Assembly (NCBI GenBank): GCA_050258615.1
Contig: JBLMZC010000021.1
Location: forward strand, 12,404-76,403
Direction of reading: 5' to 3'
From: Deltaproteobacteria bacterium
GTDB lineage: Bacteria; Bacteroidota; Bacteroidia; Chitinophagales; Saprospiraceae
DNA: 64,000 nt
Within the stretch, counting starts at the first letter, position 1; the number at the start of each line of letters is the position of its first letter. Below, piece after piece: positions 46,464 to 57,493 of this stretch. Under the pieces are notes generated by a model. The model worked only from the letters and a program-made list of their open reading frames with translations. It was not told the DNA's origin and did no database searches. Both the position numbers and the translations under genes were made by a program.

Positions 46464-48938
46464 TTAAAAATTCTCATATTCGGTCCGGTCAATAATCTCC
46501 TGCTGCAGATCCGCATTCATATCGTTAAAATAATCGCTGTAACCTGCCATCCTCACAAGCAAATCACGGTATTCCTGAGGATTTTGCTGTGCAGCGAGCA
46601 AAGTAGCTGTGTCAACAATATTGAACTGCACATGATGACCTCCCAAATTAAAATATGTCCGTATTAGCTTGCCAAGTTTTTCAATATCCTGTTCTCTTTT
46701 AAGTAGTTGTGGAAGAAATCTCAGATTAAGCAGAGTTCCCCCCGACTTGGTCTGATCGAGTCTGGCAAGTGATTTCATCACTGCAACCGGACCATTTATA
46801 TCGCAACCATGAGATGGAGAAGTGCCGTCAGAAATAGATTTTCCGGCAAGTCTGCCATTGGGGGTTGCCCCCAGAACTTTGCCAAAATATATATGGCAGG
46901 TAGTCGAAAGCATATTCACATGATATGTTTCTCCCTTGACATTGGGTTTACCATCAATGGCTTTTATAAGGTCTTCATATACTCTTAGAGCTATGCTGTC
47001 AGCATAATCATCATCATTTCCGAAGAATGGGGTTCTGTTGAGAATGTATTGCCTCATATATTCATTATCTGAAAAATTCATTGATATTGCTTCAAGTATT
47101 TGCTTCATCCGGAATTTTTTATCTTCAAAGACATGTTTTTTTAGTACTGACAAGCTATCAGTTACAGTGGCAAGGCCGGTACACTGAATATAATTGGTAT
47201 TATACCTTGGCCCGCTGTTGTAATAATCTCTTCCTTTTTCAATACAATCATCTATAACTACCGATAAGAAAGGAGCAGGTGCATATTTTGCAAACATTTT
47301 ATCAATGTAATTACTCACTTTTATCTTAAGGTCAACTATGTAATTTAGTTGTTTGCTAAAAGCATTATAGAGTTCTTCGAAATTCAGAAAATCCACAGGA
47401 TCACCTGTTTCTATCCCTGCCAGATTGCCGGTTAACGGATCTGTTCCATTATAAAGGGTTATTTCAAGAATTTTCGGGACGTTAAGATATCCTGTAAGTA
47501 TAAATGCTTCCTTTCCGAATGCCCCTACCTCAATACAACCACTGCAACCTCCTTCCCTGGCATCCGTCAGTGTTTTACCCATTCCTGTCATTTCCCTTAC
47601 ATAAATGTCCGGATTAAATACCGAGGGATAGCCGTGTCCCTGTCTGATAAGTCTGCAGGCTGCCTGTAGAAAATCATCGGGTGTCTTTGAACTTATGTGG
47701 ACTGAATTTCCGGGCTGTAATAAGTGCAGTTCCTCAATGGCTTCCAGCATCAGATAGGAAACTTCACTCACCCCATCCGATCCATCGCTTTTGATACCCC
47801 CGATATTTATATTTGTGAAATCATTATATGTTCCACTCTCTTTTGCAGTAATACCAACTTTTGGAGGAGCGGGTTGATTGTTGACTTTGATAAACATACA
47901 GGAAATCAACTCTTTAGCACTTTCTCTTGACAGTGTTCCGTCTTTAATTCCCATTTCATAAAAAGGATTAAGGTGCTGGTCAAAATGCCCCGGATTCATG
48001 GCATCCCACCCATTTAGTTCAGTTATAATTCCTAAATGAACAAACCAGTACATTTGTATTGCTTCCCAAAAATTAGACGGAGCATATGAAGGTATATGTC
48101 TGCAATTAGAAGCTATTGTCAGTAATTCTTTTTTTCTGAGTTCGTTTTTCTCTGATTTTGCCAATTCTTCAGCCTTAGCTGCATGTCGTTCTGCAAGCAA
48201 AATGATTGCATCACATGAGATTGCCATAGCTTTTAATTCTTCTGCTTTATCAACAGCATCAGGATCGTTCATGTAATCAAGGGAATTCAGATGTGTTTCG
48301 ATATCCTCCTTGAAATCGAGCATTCCTTTAGTGTATATCTTCCCATCAAGTGCAGTATGACCAGGAGCCCTTTGCTCCATGAATTCTGTAAAGAGGCCAG
48401 CCTCATACGCTTTTATCCAGTTTTCTGGAACATGATTGAATATCCTTTCCCTCATAGTCCTGCCTTTCCAATAAGGAATCACTTTTTTTTCATAAGTACG
48501 GATATCTTTTTTGCTGACCAGATATGGCTGCTGTTCTCTTTTGTTAAGCACATCGAAATCTTCAGTACTATGACAGGTGAGTTCAGGAAAAGTTGGTACA
48601 GCTTTAGGTATTGGACCTCTTTCTCCAACTATCAATTCATCATCACCAATATAAATAGTTTTTTTTGAACAGTGGTCAAGAAATGATAATGCACGCATGA
48701 CGGGTACAGAATATTTGCCATTATTTTCCTGGTAAAACTCAGTCTGATGAAGGGCACGTTCGATTGAAATAGAAGGAACAGCCTCAAAACTTTGCTTTCT
48801 TAATTTTCTGATCCTTTCATTCATACCAGGTGAACTAAGATTATTTATTGATTTATAATAATTGCCTTCAGAATTTGGTTTGCGCTGTGGCAGACCGGTT
48901 TTATCTTCTTTACCTTTGATTGTTTTTATTGTCATCAT
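46464..48938 (-). CDS. Glycyl-radical enzyme, PFL-like dehydratase/lyase class, substrate unassigned
   Basis: Glycyl radical motif VRMAGYSDYF. Cys loop GGCSGCIEVG (GCxE type). 824 aa. An alternative start at the Met at 48824 (MNERIRKLRK) is possible. Confidence 0.8.
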   Translation of the reverse strand: MMTIKTIKGKEDKTGLPQRKPNSEGNYYKSINNLSSPGMNERIRKLRKQSFEAVPSISIERALHQTEFYQENNGKYSVPVMRALSFLDHCSKKTIYIGDDELIVGERGPIPKAVPTFPELTCHSTEDFDVLNKREQQPYLVSKKDIRTYEKKVIPYWKGRTMRERIFNHVPENWIKAYEAGLFTEFMEQRAPGHTALDGKIYTKGMLDFKEDIETHLNSLDYMNDPDAVDKAEELKAMAISCDAIILLAERHAAKAEELAKSEKNELRKKELLTIASNCRHIPSYAPSNFWEAIQMYWFVHLGIITELNGWDAMNPGHFDQHLNPFYEMGIKDGTLSRESAKELISCMFIKVNNQPAPPKVGITAKESGTYNDFTNINIGGIKSDGSDGVSEVSYLMLEAIEELHLLQPGNSVHISSKTPDDFLQAACRLIRQGHGYPSVFNPDIYVREMTGMGKTLTDAREGGCSGCIEVGAFGKEAFILTGYLNVPKILEITLYNGTDPLTGNLAGIETGDPVDFLNFEELYNAFSKQLNYIVDLKIKVSNYIDKMFAKYAPAPFLSVVIDDCIEKGRDYYNSGPRYNTNYIQCTGLATVTDSLSVLKKHVFEDKKFRMKQILEAISMNFSDNEYMRQYILNRTPFFGNDDDYADSIALRVYEDLIKAIDGKPNVKGETYHVNMLSTTCHIYFGKVLGATPNGRLAGKSISDGTSPSHGCDINGPVAVMKSLARLDQTKSGGTLLNLRFLPQLLKREQDIEKLGKLIRTYFNLGGHHVQFNIVDTATLLAAQQNPQEYRDLLVRMAGYSDYFNDMNADLQQEIIDRTEYENF

Positions 48939-49163
48939 ATGAGTTTATATTCTTATATAAGAAAAATAATAGAAAAAATTAAAATGATTATACAGAACCA
49001 GTTGGTAAGCCGGTTTAAATCAGATAATATAAAACATCAGGCAATTGTAGAGGCACCTGTAGTTTTTTCGCAGATTATCATATGAATTGAAATGAAACAT
49101 GATACAAAGTTATGATAAAAAAATGAAATGGTAATTTTTTATTATCATTTTATTACATCCAAC

Positions 49164-49634
49164 TTACAAAGACTTCAATTTTTTTGACATCATGAAATTG
49201 TCCAGATACAGGTTTCTGGACTTTTTCTTTTGCCTTGATTCAATTATAAAGCCTGAGTTCAGGAAAAAACCGGCTGCTGTAATGCTAACTTCTGATGTTA
49301 ATTTATCTATGTTTTTGGACCGTGTGAATGCTTCAATCTCATTGATAAGTATTGTGGCAATTCCCCTTCTCTGAAAATCCTTTTGAACGAACAACAGATC
49401 AAGGTAGCCTTCCATTGAAACTGATCCGAACCCCACGATTTTATTTTCTTCCCTGACCAAAAGGAAATGTTGATCCAAAATTTTTTGAGCCCATTTATCA
49501 TGGTCCTTATGCCACGAAGACCAGTCATTAACTTCTTCAATTGTATAATCCTTTATGTTTATATTTTGTATGGTTTCATAAAACAATAAACAAATTTCTG
49601 GTATGTCATCCAATGTTGCACGTTCAGTTTTCAT
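49164..49634 (-). CDS. GNAT-family N-acetyltransferase
   Basis: Acetyl-CoA motif QRRGIATILI. 156 aa. Confidence 0.7.
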   Translation of the reverse strand: MKTERATLDDIPEICLLFYETIQNINIKDYTIEEVNDWSSWHKDHDKWAQKILDQHFLLVREENKIVGFGSVSMEGYLDLLFVQKDFQRRGIATILINEIEAFTRSKNIDKLTSEVSITAAGFFLNSGFIIESRQKKKSRNLYLDNFMMSKKLKSL

Positions 49635-49650
49635 GTTAAAATACTTAAAA

Positions 49651-52278
49651 CTAATTGTTATTTAAGACTATAGATCGTCCTCCTCTGCCACCAGGAGTGA
49701 AACACTTCAATCGTATAGTCTTTGATTCTGCAGGAACAGGGAGTGTATATTTTGCGCTTTCAATCACGGGCTCTGAACCATCAGTTGTAAAACGTATTTC
49801 GAATCCTGGCACAGATGAGTTTGCATATAAAAGCCCATTTTTTATAATTGCTCCAGGTACTGGAATCCTGAATTTGTATCCGCCATTGAGGTATTCTAAT
49901 CTCAGGAGTTCTCTTTGACCTGTTGAATTCATCATTATATTCCATTCCTGTTCATAAAGTGACAATTCTTTTAGCCATTCTGGTTCTTTTGCCCATGCTT
50001 TTTCAGCCACCTGGATCAACCTTGGCAGTATCATATATTCAAGCCTTTCCTCAGATTTTACGGTTTCAGACCAAAGCTGAGCCTGGATTCCCCTGATATT
50101 GGATTTGCCGGAATCTGTCAGTTTTGTTTTATTTATAAGATCATTTTTTGGAATTGACTTTCCATTATTATCATTTTTCAATGATGAATATACATCTAAT
50201 GGATCCCAGCTGAATATATCTTCTTCATCGACATATCCACCCCAGTAAAAACCCGGTTCCTTTGGATCTTTATCATAAGCCATGTCAAGATAAAGAGGTG
50301 ATACATTTGATAAAACTACCTTGTAGCCTTCATTAGCCAGTTTATATGCCGTTTCTTCGCCACCCCATCCATAAACACTGTTCCATGAATACAACAAAAA
50401 ATTATCATTGATATATTTACTATTTACATCATGGACTGCCTTACTGTTTTTAATAATATTATGCATTCCTATTTCTTCCCATCCTGCAGTGATAAGTTTA
50501 TAATTTTTCAATATACCATTTACCCTGTTCAGAAAATACCCTTTCAGGTCATTAGAATTTTTTATATCTTTATTGGTTTGCATTAATTGAATGCATGAAG
50601 GTGATTTTTCCCAGGCACCTCCGGGAACTTCATCGCCTCCAATATGAAAAGTCTTTAATTCGATTCCGGCTTTTTGATAAATTTTAAATACATCTCCGAC
50701 CAGTATGTCTAAAAAATTATAAACACTCTGCTGACATACACACACCACATTGTCATTGTAATTCTGGACTGACCTGTATTCAGATGCATCATTCAGATCT
50801 GACAGAAGGAACACCTCTGCTTTAGCTCGTTCTCCTGAATTCATATATTTTTTGTACCGGTATTTCATGGCTTTGATAGCTGCACGGGCATGACCGGGAA
50901 AGTCAAATTCAGGTATGATCTCAATATGTCTTTCAGATGCATATTTCAGGATTTCAATAAAATCTTCCTGCGAATAAAAACCGGTGCCAGCTGAAATATT
51001 TGGATCAGGATAAGGTCCTGAGCCATAAGCCGGACTCAGCATGTCACTTTCGTTTTCAGTGTGACCTCTTTTTGAGCCAATCTCAGTCAGTTCAGGAATT
51101 GAAGGGATTTCAAGCCTCCAGCCTTCATCATCGGTAAGATGAAAATGAAATTTATTCATTTTATAAAAAGCCATAAGGTCCAGTAGTTTCAATATGGATG
51201 ATTTTGTTTGGAAATTCCTTGCAACATCAAGGTGCATACCCCTGTAACCAAATCTGGGCTTGTCAGTAATATCAACTCCTTCAATTAAAATTTTTTCAGA
51301 AGGATCTTTATATGTTTCAACCGGTAAAAGTGACAGGAGTGATTGTATGGCATAAAAAACACCTGCATTATCTGTTCCTTTGATATAAATATTTCCATCC
51401 TGGATCCTCAGCGTATAAGATTCAGACCCTGACTCATAAATTGCATCACCAATATTTATTTTTCCCGTGCTTAAAAATATATTATTTTTTTCATTAATTT
51501 GTTTAGTGCTAATATTCAATTCTTTGCCAAGGTTGAAGTGCAATCTTTTGTTTAAATAATTAGCTTCTGACAGTAAGGTGGGTTCATGAACAATTAAAAA
51601 TTCAGGAGTAAGCACCAGTCTCGACATAAGTGATCTTAATTTAAAAGGAGTCGGGATGAGTTTCTTAAGATTGGATTTAGGGAGTTTTATCAGTCTGATA
51701 TTATCCAGGAATCTGGATTCAGCATCAGGAGAAGCTATCAAATCTTCAGAATGCCTTGTAGTATGAAGTGGTCCATCTATTGAATAAAAACTAAACTCGG
51801 GTATAACTATTTTCTCATCCATACCTGATTTTATAACAAAATAAAAACCACATGGAACTTCTGTCTCTTTTGTTATCCAGAAATCAGAAACCAGCTTAAC
51901 TGTCAATGAATCATTGGATTGAATACCTATAAATCCTTTCTTTGGTGTCATTCTGAAAAGATCGCCATTTACATGGTCAATATTCACTTTTTCTGATTCA
52001 TCAGATTTCAGGATCATTCGTGAAGGAGCATAATTAAAAAACAATTCCCATTCGTCAGTTAATGAAACAGTATTTTGGTTGATTATTATCAATTCTGATA
52101 AGGTTTGATTTTTTCCCTGGTAGGAATTGGCTATCAATTTCCATTTTATTTTCATTTTGTTTTCTTTTTTTGAAACCGGGTTTTTTGTCGAAACTGAGTT
52201 GGCATGGGGTTTTTGAGAAATAGCACATGCACTTAAAAGAATTGATAAAACCAGCAACAAGGATATTTCAAATTTCAT
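49651..52278 (-). CDS. Beta-N-acetylhexosaminidase, GH20, chitobiase-like with N-terminal accessory domains
   Basis: RGMHLDVARNF, HFHLTDDEGWRLEIPSIPELT and HIGGDEVP. Signal/lipoprotein-like N-terminus (LLSACA). Confidence 0.85.
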   Translation of the reverse strand: MKFEISLLLVLSILLSACAISQKPHANSVSTKNPVSKKENKMKIKWKLIANSYQGKNQTLSELIIINQNTVSLTDEWELFFNYAPSRMILKSDESEKVNIDHVNGDLFRMTPKKGFIGIQSNDSLTVKLVSDFWITKETEVPCGFYFVIKSGMDEKIVIPEFSFYSIDGPLHTTRHSEDLIASPDAESRFLDNIRLIKLPKSNLKKLIPTPFKLRSLMSRLVLTPEFLIVHEPTLLSEANYLNKRLHFNLGKELNISTKQINEKNNIFLSTGKINIGDAIYESGSESYTLRIQDGNIYIKGTDNAGVFYAIQSLLSLLPVETYKDPSEKILIEGVDITDKPRFGYRGMHLDVARNFQTKSSILKLLDLMAFYKMNKFHFHLTDDEGWRLEIPSIPELTEIGSKRGHTENESDMLSPAYGSGPYPDPNISAGTGFYSQEDFIEILKYASERHIEIIPEFDFPGHARAAIKAMKYRYKKYMNSGERAKAEVFLLSDLNDASEYRSVQNYNDNVVCVCQQSVYNFLDILVGDVFKIYQKAGIELKTFHIGGDEVPGGAWEKSPSCIQLMQTNKDIKNSNDLKGYFLNRVNGILKNYKLITAGWEEIGMHNIIKNSKAVHDVNSKYINDNFLLYSWNSVYGWGGEETAYKLANEGYKVVLSNVSPLYLDMAYDKDPKEPGFYWGGYVDEEDIFSWDPLDVYSSLKNDNNGKSIPKNDLINKTKLTDSGKSNIRGIQAQLWSETVKSEERLEYMILPRLIQVAEKAWAKEPEWLKELSLYEQEWNIMMNSTGQRELLRLEYLNGGYKFRIPVPGAIIKNGLLYANSSVPGFEIRFTTDGSEPVIESAKYTLPVPAESKTIRLKCFTPGGRGGRSIVLNNN

Positions 52279-52779
52279 TTTTTCATTTTTTTACAAAAGT
52301 AGAATAATGTAAAATATAAATGATCAATGATATTGTTTTTTTTTGACTAAAAATTATTGCAGGAAATGGATTATCTTTGATTGTAACTTTTCTGACATGA
52401 AGTGTTTTTTCTTATCTGAATTTGTTTAAAAATCGAAATTTAAGGACAGTGCAACCCCAAAAGCATTTGGGATTTTACGCTGGAAATTCCGCCAAAACTG
52501 TTTATTTATCGAATTTTATTAAATTTTTAAACCTTTGGAGCTATCCACTAAATAGTCACTATGATCTACTATTTTTTAAATAGTCCTTTTAGCTCCTTGT
52601 ACGCTGGGACTAAAAATATTTTTACTTCAGTTTTTTCAATCCACCTGTATTTTTTTTAAGGCTTTTATATCCTGAGAATTGTTCTGTTTGTCTATTTTTT
52701 TAAAGTTTTTTAACTCAGGAAGAAGGATGGATATAAAATATATTACCTTTGTTCCTGTCAAATAAATTAATGAAGCTTT

Positions 52780-55700
52780 ATGAAAAAACTATTATTTACT
52801 ATTGTTATTTCTGCATTTACTGTTTTGTCATTTGCTCAGAATTCCAAAACAGTTGATTCTTTACCTGCAGGTATTTATGGCGGCTTGAAATTCAGGAATT
52901 TGAGCCCGGGATTTATTTCAGGCAGAATATCTGATCTTGCAGTAAATCCGGAGAATCATTCAGAATATTATGTTGCTGTTTCTTCGGGCAATGTCTGGAA
53001 AACCATAAATAATGGGACGACATTTGAACCCATATTTGATGATTATGGTTCATTTTCAATGGGATGTATAACCATGGATCCAAAAAATCATAATGTTCTC
53101 TGGTTGGGAACTGGTGAGAATAAACATCAGCGATCGGTAAGTTATGGCGATGGAATATATAAAAGTGTTGATGCAGGGAAATCATGGACTAATATGGGAT
53201 TAAAGCAATCATTTCAAATTGGAAAGATCATAGTTCATCCAGATAACAGCGATGTAGTATTCGTTGCCTGTGAAGGTTCAGTATGGGGTTCTGGTGGGGA
53301 AAGAGGTGTATATAAAACTGAAGACGGAGGAAAGACCTGGAAAAGAACACTTTTTATAAGTGACAATACAGGTGTATCAAATATAGATATCGATCCGAAA
53401 GACCCAAAGATCATGTATGCATCAGCAGAACAGAGAAGAAGGACCAATGCAACCAGAATTGGGGGTGGACCGGAATCTTCATTTTGGAAAAGTGTGGATG
53501 GAGGAAATAACTGGTACAAAATTGACAAAGGTCTGCCTGGCGCTGATAAGGGCGGGATGTTTATCGCAGTTTCACCTGTCGATAACAATGTAGTTTATGC
53601 AATGGTCGAAGCAGCTATGAAAGAAGGAGGATTTTACAGGTCCAATGACAAAGGTGAATCCTGGACAAAAATGAGCAGTTATGTCACAAGTGGTCAGTAT
53701 TACTGTGAGTTTTTTCCAAGTCCATTTGATGTCAATACAATTTATGCTACCGAAACAGTATCAAAGTTTTCGATAGATGGAGGAAAAACATGGAAGCCTA
53801 TTGGGAATAATGGCAGACATGTCGATGACCATGTTTTCTGGATTGACCCTCAGGATAAAGATCATTTTATGATCGGAACCGATGGTGGTTTGTATGAAAC
53901 TTTCGACGGTGGTGCGCATTACAATCATAAAGTAATTCCTGTAACTCAGTATTACAGGGTATTTGTCGATAATACACAGCCTTTTTATTGGGTATATGGT
54001 GGCACCCAGGATAATTCTTCAATGGGTGCTCCATCAAATACCCTGTATGATGATGGGATTTCGCGGGCAGAATGGGAAATAACTCTTGGTGGAGATGGGT
54101 TCTGGCAGGCAGTTGATCCGGTAAATCCAAATATCGTTTACTCAGAATATCAATATGGAAATATCTACAGGTATGATAAAAAAAGTGGGCAAAAACTATT
54201 TATCAAGCCTCAGGAAGAAGAAAATGACAGTTTGTTCAAGTTTCACTGGGACACTCCATTTATCATAAGTCCCTATAGCCCTTCAAGATTATATATTGCA
54301 GGAAATTTTCTGTTCAGGACTGATGACCGCGGCCAGTCATGGAAAAAAGTGAGTGCTGACCTTTCAACAGGAGCTGACCGCAACACCTGGCCTGTAATGG
54401 ACCGTTACTGGGGTATTGAAACCGTTGAGAAAGATGTGTCAACTTCTCTGTTTGGTACTGCAGTTTCACTTGCAGAATCTCCGGTCAGGGAAGGTCTGAT
54501 CTATGTAGGAACCAATGATGGTGCTTTAAGTATTACAAATGATGGTGGAATCACCTGGACAAAAGTGAAAAAAATCGGAGATGCACCCGAATATACTTAC
54601 ATCAGTGATATCGAACCATCGAATTTTGATGAAAATGTGGTTTATATTACATTGAACAATCATAAGAATTTTGATTTCAAACCTTACATTTTTAAAAGCA
54701 TAGACAAAGGTAGAACATGGAAATCAATAAGTGCAAAACTTCCTGCAAATCAACCTGTACATAGTATCAAACAGGATTTTATAAAGAACGATCTTCTATT
54801 TATCGGCACTGAATTTGGTCTTTATTTTTCTGCTGACGATGGTAAGCAATGGATCAGGATGAAAGCAGGACTGCCTACAATTTCAGTAAAAGATGTAACA
54901 ATTCATAAGGGTGAAGAAGACCTTGTAATTGCCACTTTCGGAAGAGGCTTTTATATACTCGATGACTACTCGGCACTGAGAAGCATCAATAAAGCTAAAG
55001 ATAAAGACTTCGAGCTTTTTCCTGTTAAAGATGCCAGACTATATGTTGAAAGAGACAGGGGAGGTTATGGTTTTGGTTCAGTAATACATTTTGATGCCAA
55101 TGAAACATTTGGAGCATCATTTACCTATTATGTAAAAAATGATGAAAAAACTCTGAAACAGGAAAGACGGGAAAAAGAGAAAGACCTTATTAAAAATAAA
55201 AGTAAAATTCCGATTCCGTCACTCCAGGATCAAAGGAAAGAAGCTGAAGAAATTGTTCCGCACCTTATTTTTATTATTAAGGATGAATTCGGCAATGAAA
55301 TCAGAAAACTGAATAAAAATATTTCTAAAGGCATTAACAGACTAAACTGGGATCTAAGGTACTCGTCACCTGAACCTGTATCAGCTACCGATGGAAAATT
55401 CGATCCTGTTAATACAGGAGGTAAAGGTTTATTGGTAAATGAGGGAAAATATTCTGTGACAGTAATAAAATTTTCTAAAGAAAAATATGATACACTGGTA
55501 CTTGATAGAGTTTTTAATGTTGTATCTCTTAATATTAATCCAATAGAATCAGCCACGAAAGATGAACTTGCTCAGTTCAATAAAGAAGTCAGGGAAGCTT
55601 ATCGCAGAGCAGTAAGTGCAAGGAATGAGCTTTCAGAACTAGGCATAAGAATTGGAAGCCTGAAGCAACTGGGAAATAATTCACCTGGAACTACAGTTGA

Positions 55701-56016
55701 AATATTGAAGAAAATAGCCGAAGCCGATAAAGTAATTGCTGATCTGGAATGGGAATTCAATGGTCAGGCACCACCGGCAAGTTCTGAAGAGCGATGGCCT
55801 CAACCTGTTCCTTTGAATGACAGGATAGGGCATGCATATTTTACTCATTTTAGCAATACTTTTCCAGTTACAGAAGGAGAGAAAGATGCAATAAAGATAT
55901 TAAATAAGCGTATACCTATTATTGAAAAGAAGCTTGACGAACTAAAAAAGATCAAAATTCCTGAAATCGAGATGTTCTTTGAGAAAATCAAAGCAGGTCG
56001 TACACCGGGAAGATAG
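52780..56016 (+). CDS. BNR/Asp-box repeat protein, VPS10/sortilin-like double beta-propeller
   Basis: Many Asp-box repeats (SVDAGKSW, TEDGGKTW, SVDGGNNW, SNDKGESW, SIDGGKTW, TDDRGQSW, TNDGGITW, SIDKGRTW, SADDGKQW). Signal peptide. Confidence 0.7.
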   Translation: MKKLLFTIVISAFTVLSFAQNSKTVDSLPAGIYGGLKFRNLSPGFISGRISDLAVNPENHSEYYVAVSSGNVWKTINNGTTFEPIFDDYGSFSMGCITMDPKNHNVLWLGTGENKHQRSVSYGDGIYKSVDAGKSWTNMGLKQSFQIGKIIVHPDNSDVVFVACEGSVWGSGGERGVYKTEDGGKTWKRTLFISDNTGVSNIDIDPKDPKIMYASAEQRRRTNATRIGGGPESSFWKSVDGGNNWYKIDKGLPGADKGGMFIAVSPVDNNVVYAMVEAAMKEGGFYRSNDKGESWTKMSSYVTSGQYYCEFFPSPFDVNTIYATETVSKFSIDGGKTWKPIGNNGRHVDDHVFWIDPQDKDHFMIGTDGGLYETFDGGAHYNHKVIPVTQYYRVFVDNTQPFYWVYGGTQDNSSMGAPSNTLYDDGISRAEWEITLGGDGFWQAVDPVNPNIVYSEYQYGNIYRYDKKSGQKLFIKPQEEENDSLFKFHWDTPFIISPYSPSRLYIAGNFLFRTDDRGQSWKKVSADLSTGADRNTWPVMDRYWGIETVEKDVSTSLFGTAVSLAESPVREGLIYVGTNDGALSITNDGGITWTKVKKIGDAPEYTYISDIEPSNFDENVVYITLNNHKNFDFKPYIFKSIDKGRTWKSISAKLPANQPVHSIKQDFIKNDLLFIGTEFGLYFSADDGKQWIRMKAGLPTISVKDVTIHKGEEDLVIATFGRGFYILDDYSALRSINKAKDKDFELFPVKDARLYVERDRGGYGFGSVIHFDANETFGASFTYYVKNDEKTLKQERREKEKDLIKNKSKIPIPSLQDQRKEAEEIVPHLIFIIKDEFGNEIRKLNKNISKGINRLNWDLRYSSPEPVSATDGKFDPVNTGGKGLLVNEGKYSVTVIKFSKEKYDTLVLDRVFNVVSLNINPIESATKDELAQFNKEVREAYRRAVSARNELSELGIRIGSLKQLGNNSPGTTVEILKKIAEADKVIADLEWEFNGQAPPASSEERWPQPVPLNDRIGHAYFTHFSNTFPVTEGEKDAIKILNKRIPIIEKKLDELKKIKIPEIEMFFEKIKAGRTPGR

Positions 56017-56226
56017 GAGAAGGGAGGATTTAGGATTTGTTATGTGCGATTTACGAAATGCGATTTACGATTTTGGAGTTAAAAGTGAAGAGTGAAGAAT
56101 GAAGAATATTAAATGTAAAATGAAGACTGGAATGTTGGAAACTGGAAATACAAATCGTAATTCGTAATTAATAATTCGTAATTCAACTGTTCAGCCATTA
56201 ACCATTTACAATTAACAATTAAAAAT
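56017..56226 (+). repeat. Type I mosaic repeat element filling the whole BNR-mltG gap
   Basis: Starts at the base after the TAG stop (GAGAAGGGAGGATTT), continues with gcgatttacga words and aaaagtgaagagtgaag words, and ends ccatttacaattaacaatta 5 nt before the mltG ATG. Confidence 0.85.
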
Positions 56227-57264
56227 ATGATTTTAACCAGAAATATTAAATTTATTATTTTAGCACTGATAATTGCCATGATCGCAGCAGGCTTATTTTT
56301 GCGAAAATGGCTGTGGATGGACAATGTTAAAGCTGAAACCGGTGAAACAGAATTATTGATACCGACAGGGTCAAAATATGAAGATGTCCTTGATATTATT
56401 AAGGAGAAAGACCTTTTGAAAAGTTACAGTTCATTTGATCTGGTAGCCAAAGTGCTGAAATATAAGGAACGTGAAATTTTACCCGGAAAGTACATTATAA
56501 AGCCAAACATGAGCAGTCTGATGCTTGTCAGAATGCTAAGGGGAGGATTTCAGACACCAGTAAATATTACATTCAACAATGTCAGGACTATTGAGCAGCT
56601 GGCAGGAAAACTTGGCAAAAATATTGAGCCTGATTCCCAGGAATTGCTTGAGGTTTTAATGGATTCTGCATATCTTGCTGAAATCGGTTTTAATAAATAC
56701 GATGTACTAACTATGTTTATTCCAAATACATATGAATTTTTCTGGAATACCGGAGCTGATAAACTTTACAGAAGAATGAAATCAGAACATGATAAATTCT
56801 GGAAATCAACTGAAAGACAGGAAAAATTGAAATCTCTGGGACTTAATCAGAAAGAAGTTTATATTCTGGCATCAATAGTTGAAAAAGAAACGCTTGTAAA
56901 TAGTGAAAAACCAATTATTTCGTCAGTTTATCTTAACAGGCTTCGTTCAGGGCAGAGACTGCAGGCTGACCCGACGGTAGTTTTTGCTACCGGAGACTTC
57001 AGTCTGAACAGAGTATATCAGAAACATACTCAGCTCAATTCTCCATATAATACATATAGAAAATCTGGATTACCTCCCGGGCCTATTTGTATGCCTGACA
57101 TAAGCACAATTGATGCTGTTTTGAATACAAAGGAAACAAATTATATGTTTTTCTGCGCTACAGGCGATGGAAGTGGCAAACATGTTTTTGCTGAAACATA
57201 CAGGCAACATATTGAAAATGCAAACAAATACAGGGAATTGCTTAATCAGCAGAATATCAGATAA
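56227..57264 (+). CDS. mltG: Endolytic murein transglycosylase MltG (YceG family)
   Basis: N-terminal TM helix, ILASIVEKET, LQADPTVVF, YNTY and GLPPGPI motifs. Confidence 0.85.
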   Translation: MILTRNIKFIILALIIAMIAAGLFLRKWLWMDNVKAETGETELLIPTGSKYEDVLDIIKEKDLLKSYSSFDLVAKVLKYKEREILPGKYIIKPNMSSLMLVRMLRGGFQTPVNITFNNVRTIEQLAGKLGKNIEPDSQELLEVLMDSAYLAEIGFNKYDVLTMFIPNTYEFFWNTGADKLYRRMKSEHDKFWKSTERQEKLKSLGLNQKEVYILASIVEKETLVNSEKPIISSVYLNRLRSGQRLQADPTVVFATGDFSLNRVYQKHTQLNSPYNTYRKSGLPPGPICMPDISTIDAVLNTKETNYMFFCATGDGSGKHVFAETYRQHIENANKYRELLNQQNIR

Positions 57265-57420
57265 TACCATTTACCATTATTATTTAGGCCAATTGTATCG
57301 AGGAACTGACACTGATACAGGCACTTCGGTCAGCATTTAAAATATAATGACGATGCAATAGCTGTTTAGTCCAACTTTGCTGGACTATTACAGATATACT
57401 TTTGGTATAATTTAAAAAAT
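57265..57420 (+). repeat. D-family mosaic element, minimal copy
   Basis: accatttaccattattatttaggccaattg...actgacactgatacaggcacttcggtcagcatttaaaat...tagtccaactttg...cagatatacttt. It has only about 2 hexamers and 1 copy of the 18-mer. Confidence 0.8.
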
Positions 57421-57493
57421 ATTATCAAGATAAATAGATGCAAATTCCATGCCAAAAGTGCTAAAAATCAAAACTTTAACATTTGGAGTCTCT

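Noticed and set aside
45227-48938. Glycyl-radical enzyme microcompartment locus
   Set aside because: No BMC shell, aldehyde dehydrogenase or phosphotransacylase genes are adjacent. The N-terminal extension alone is not sufficient evidence.
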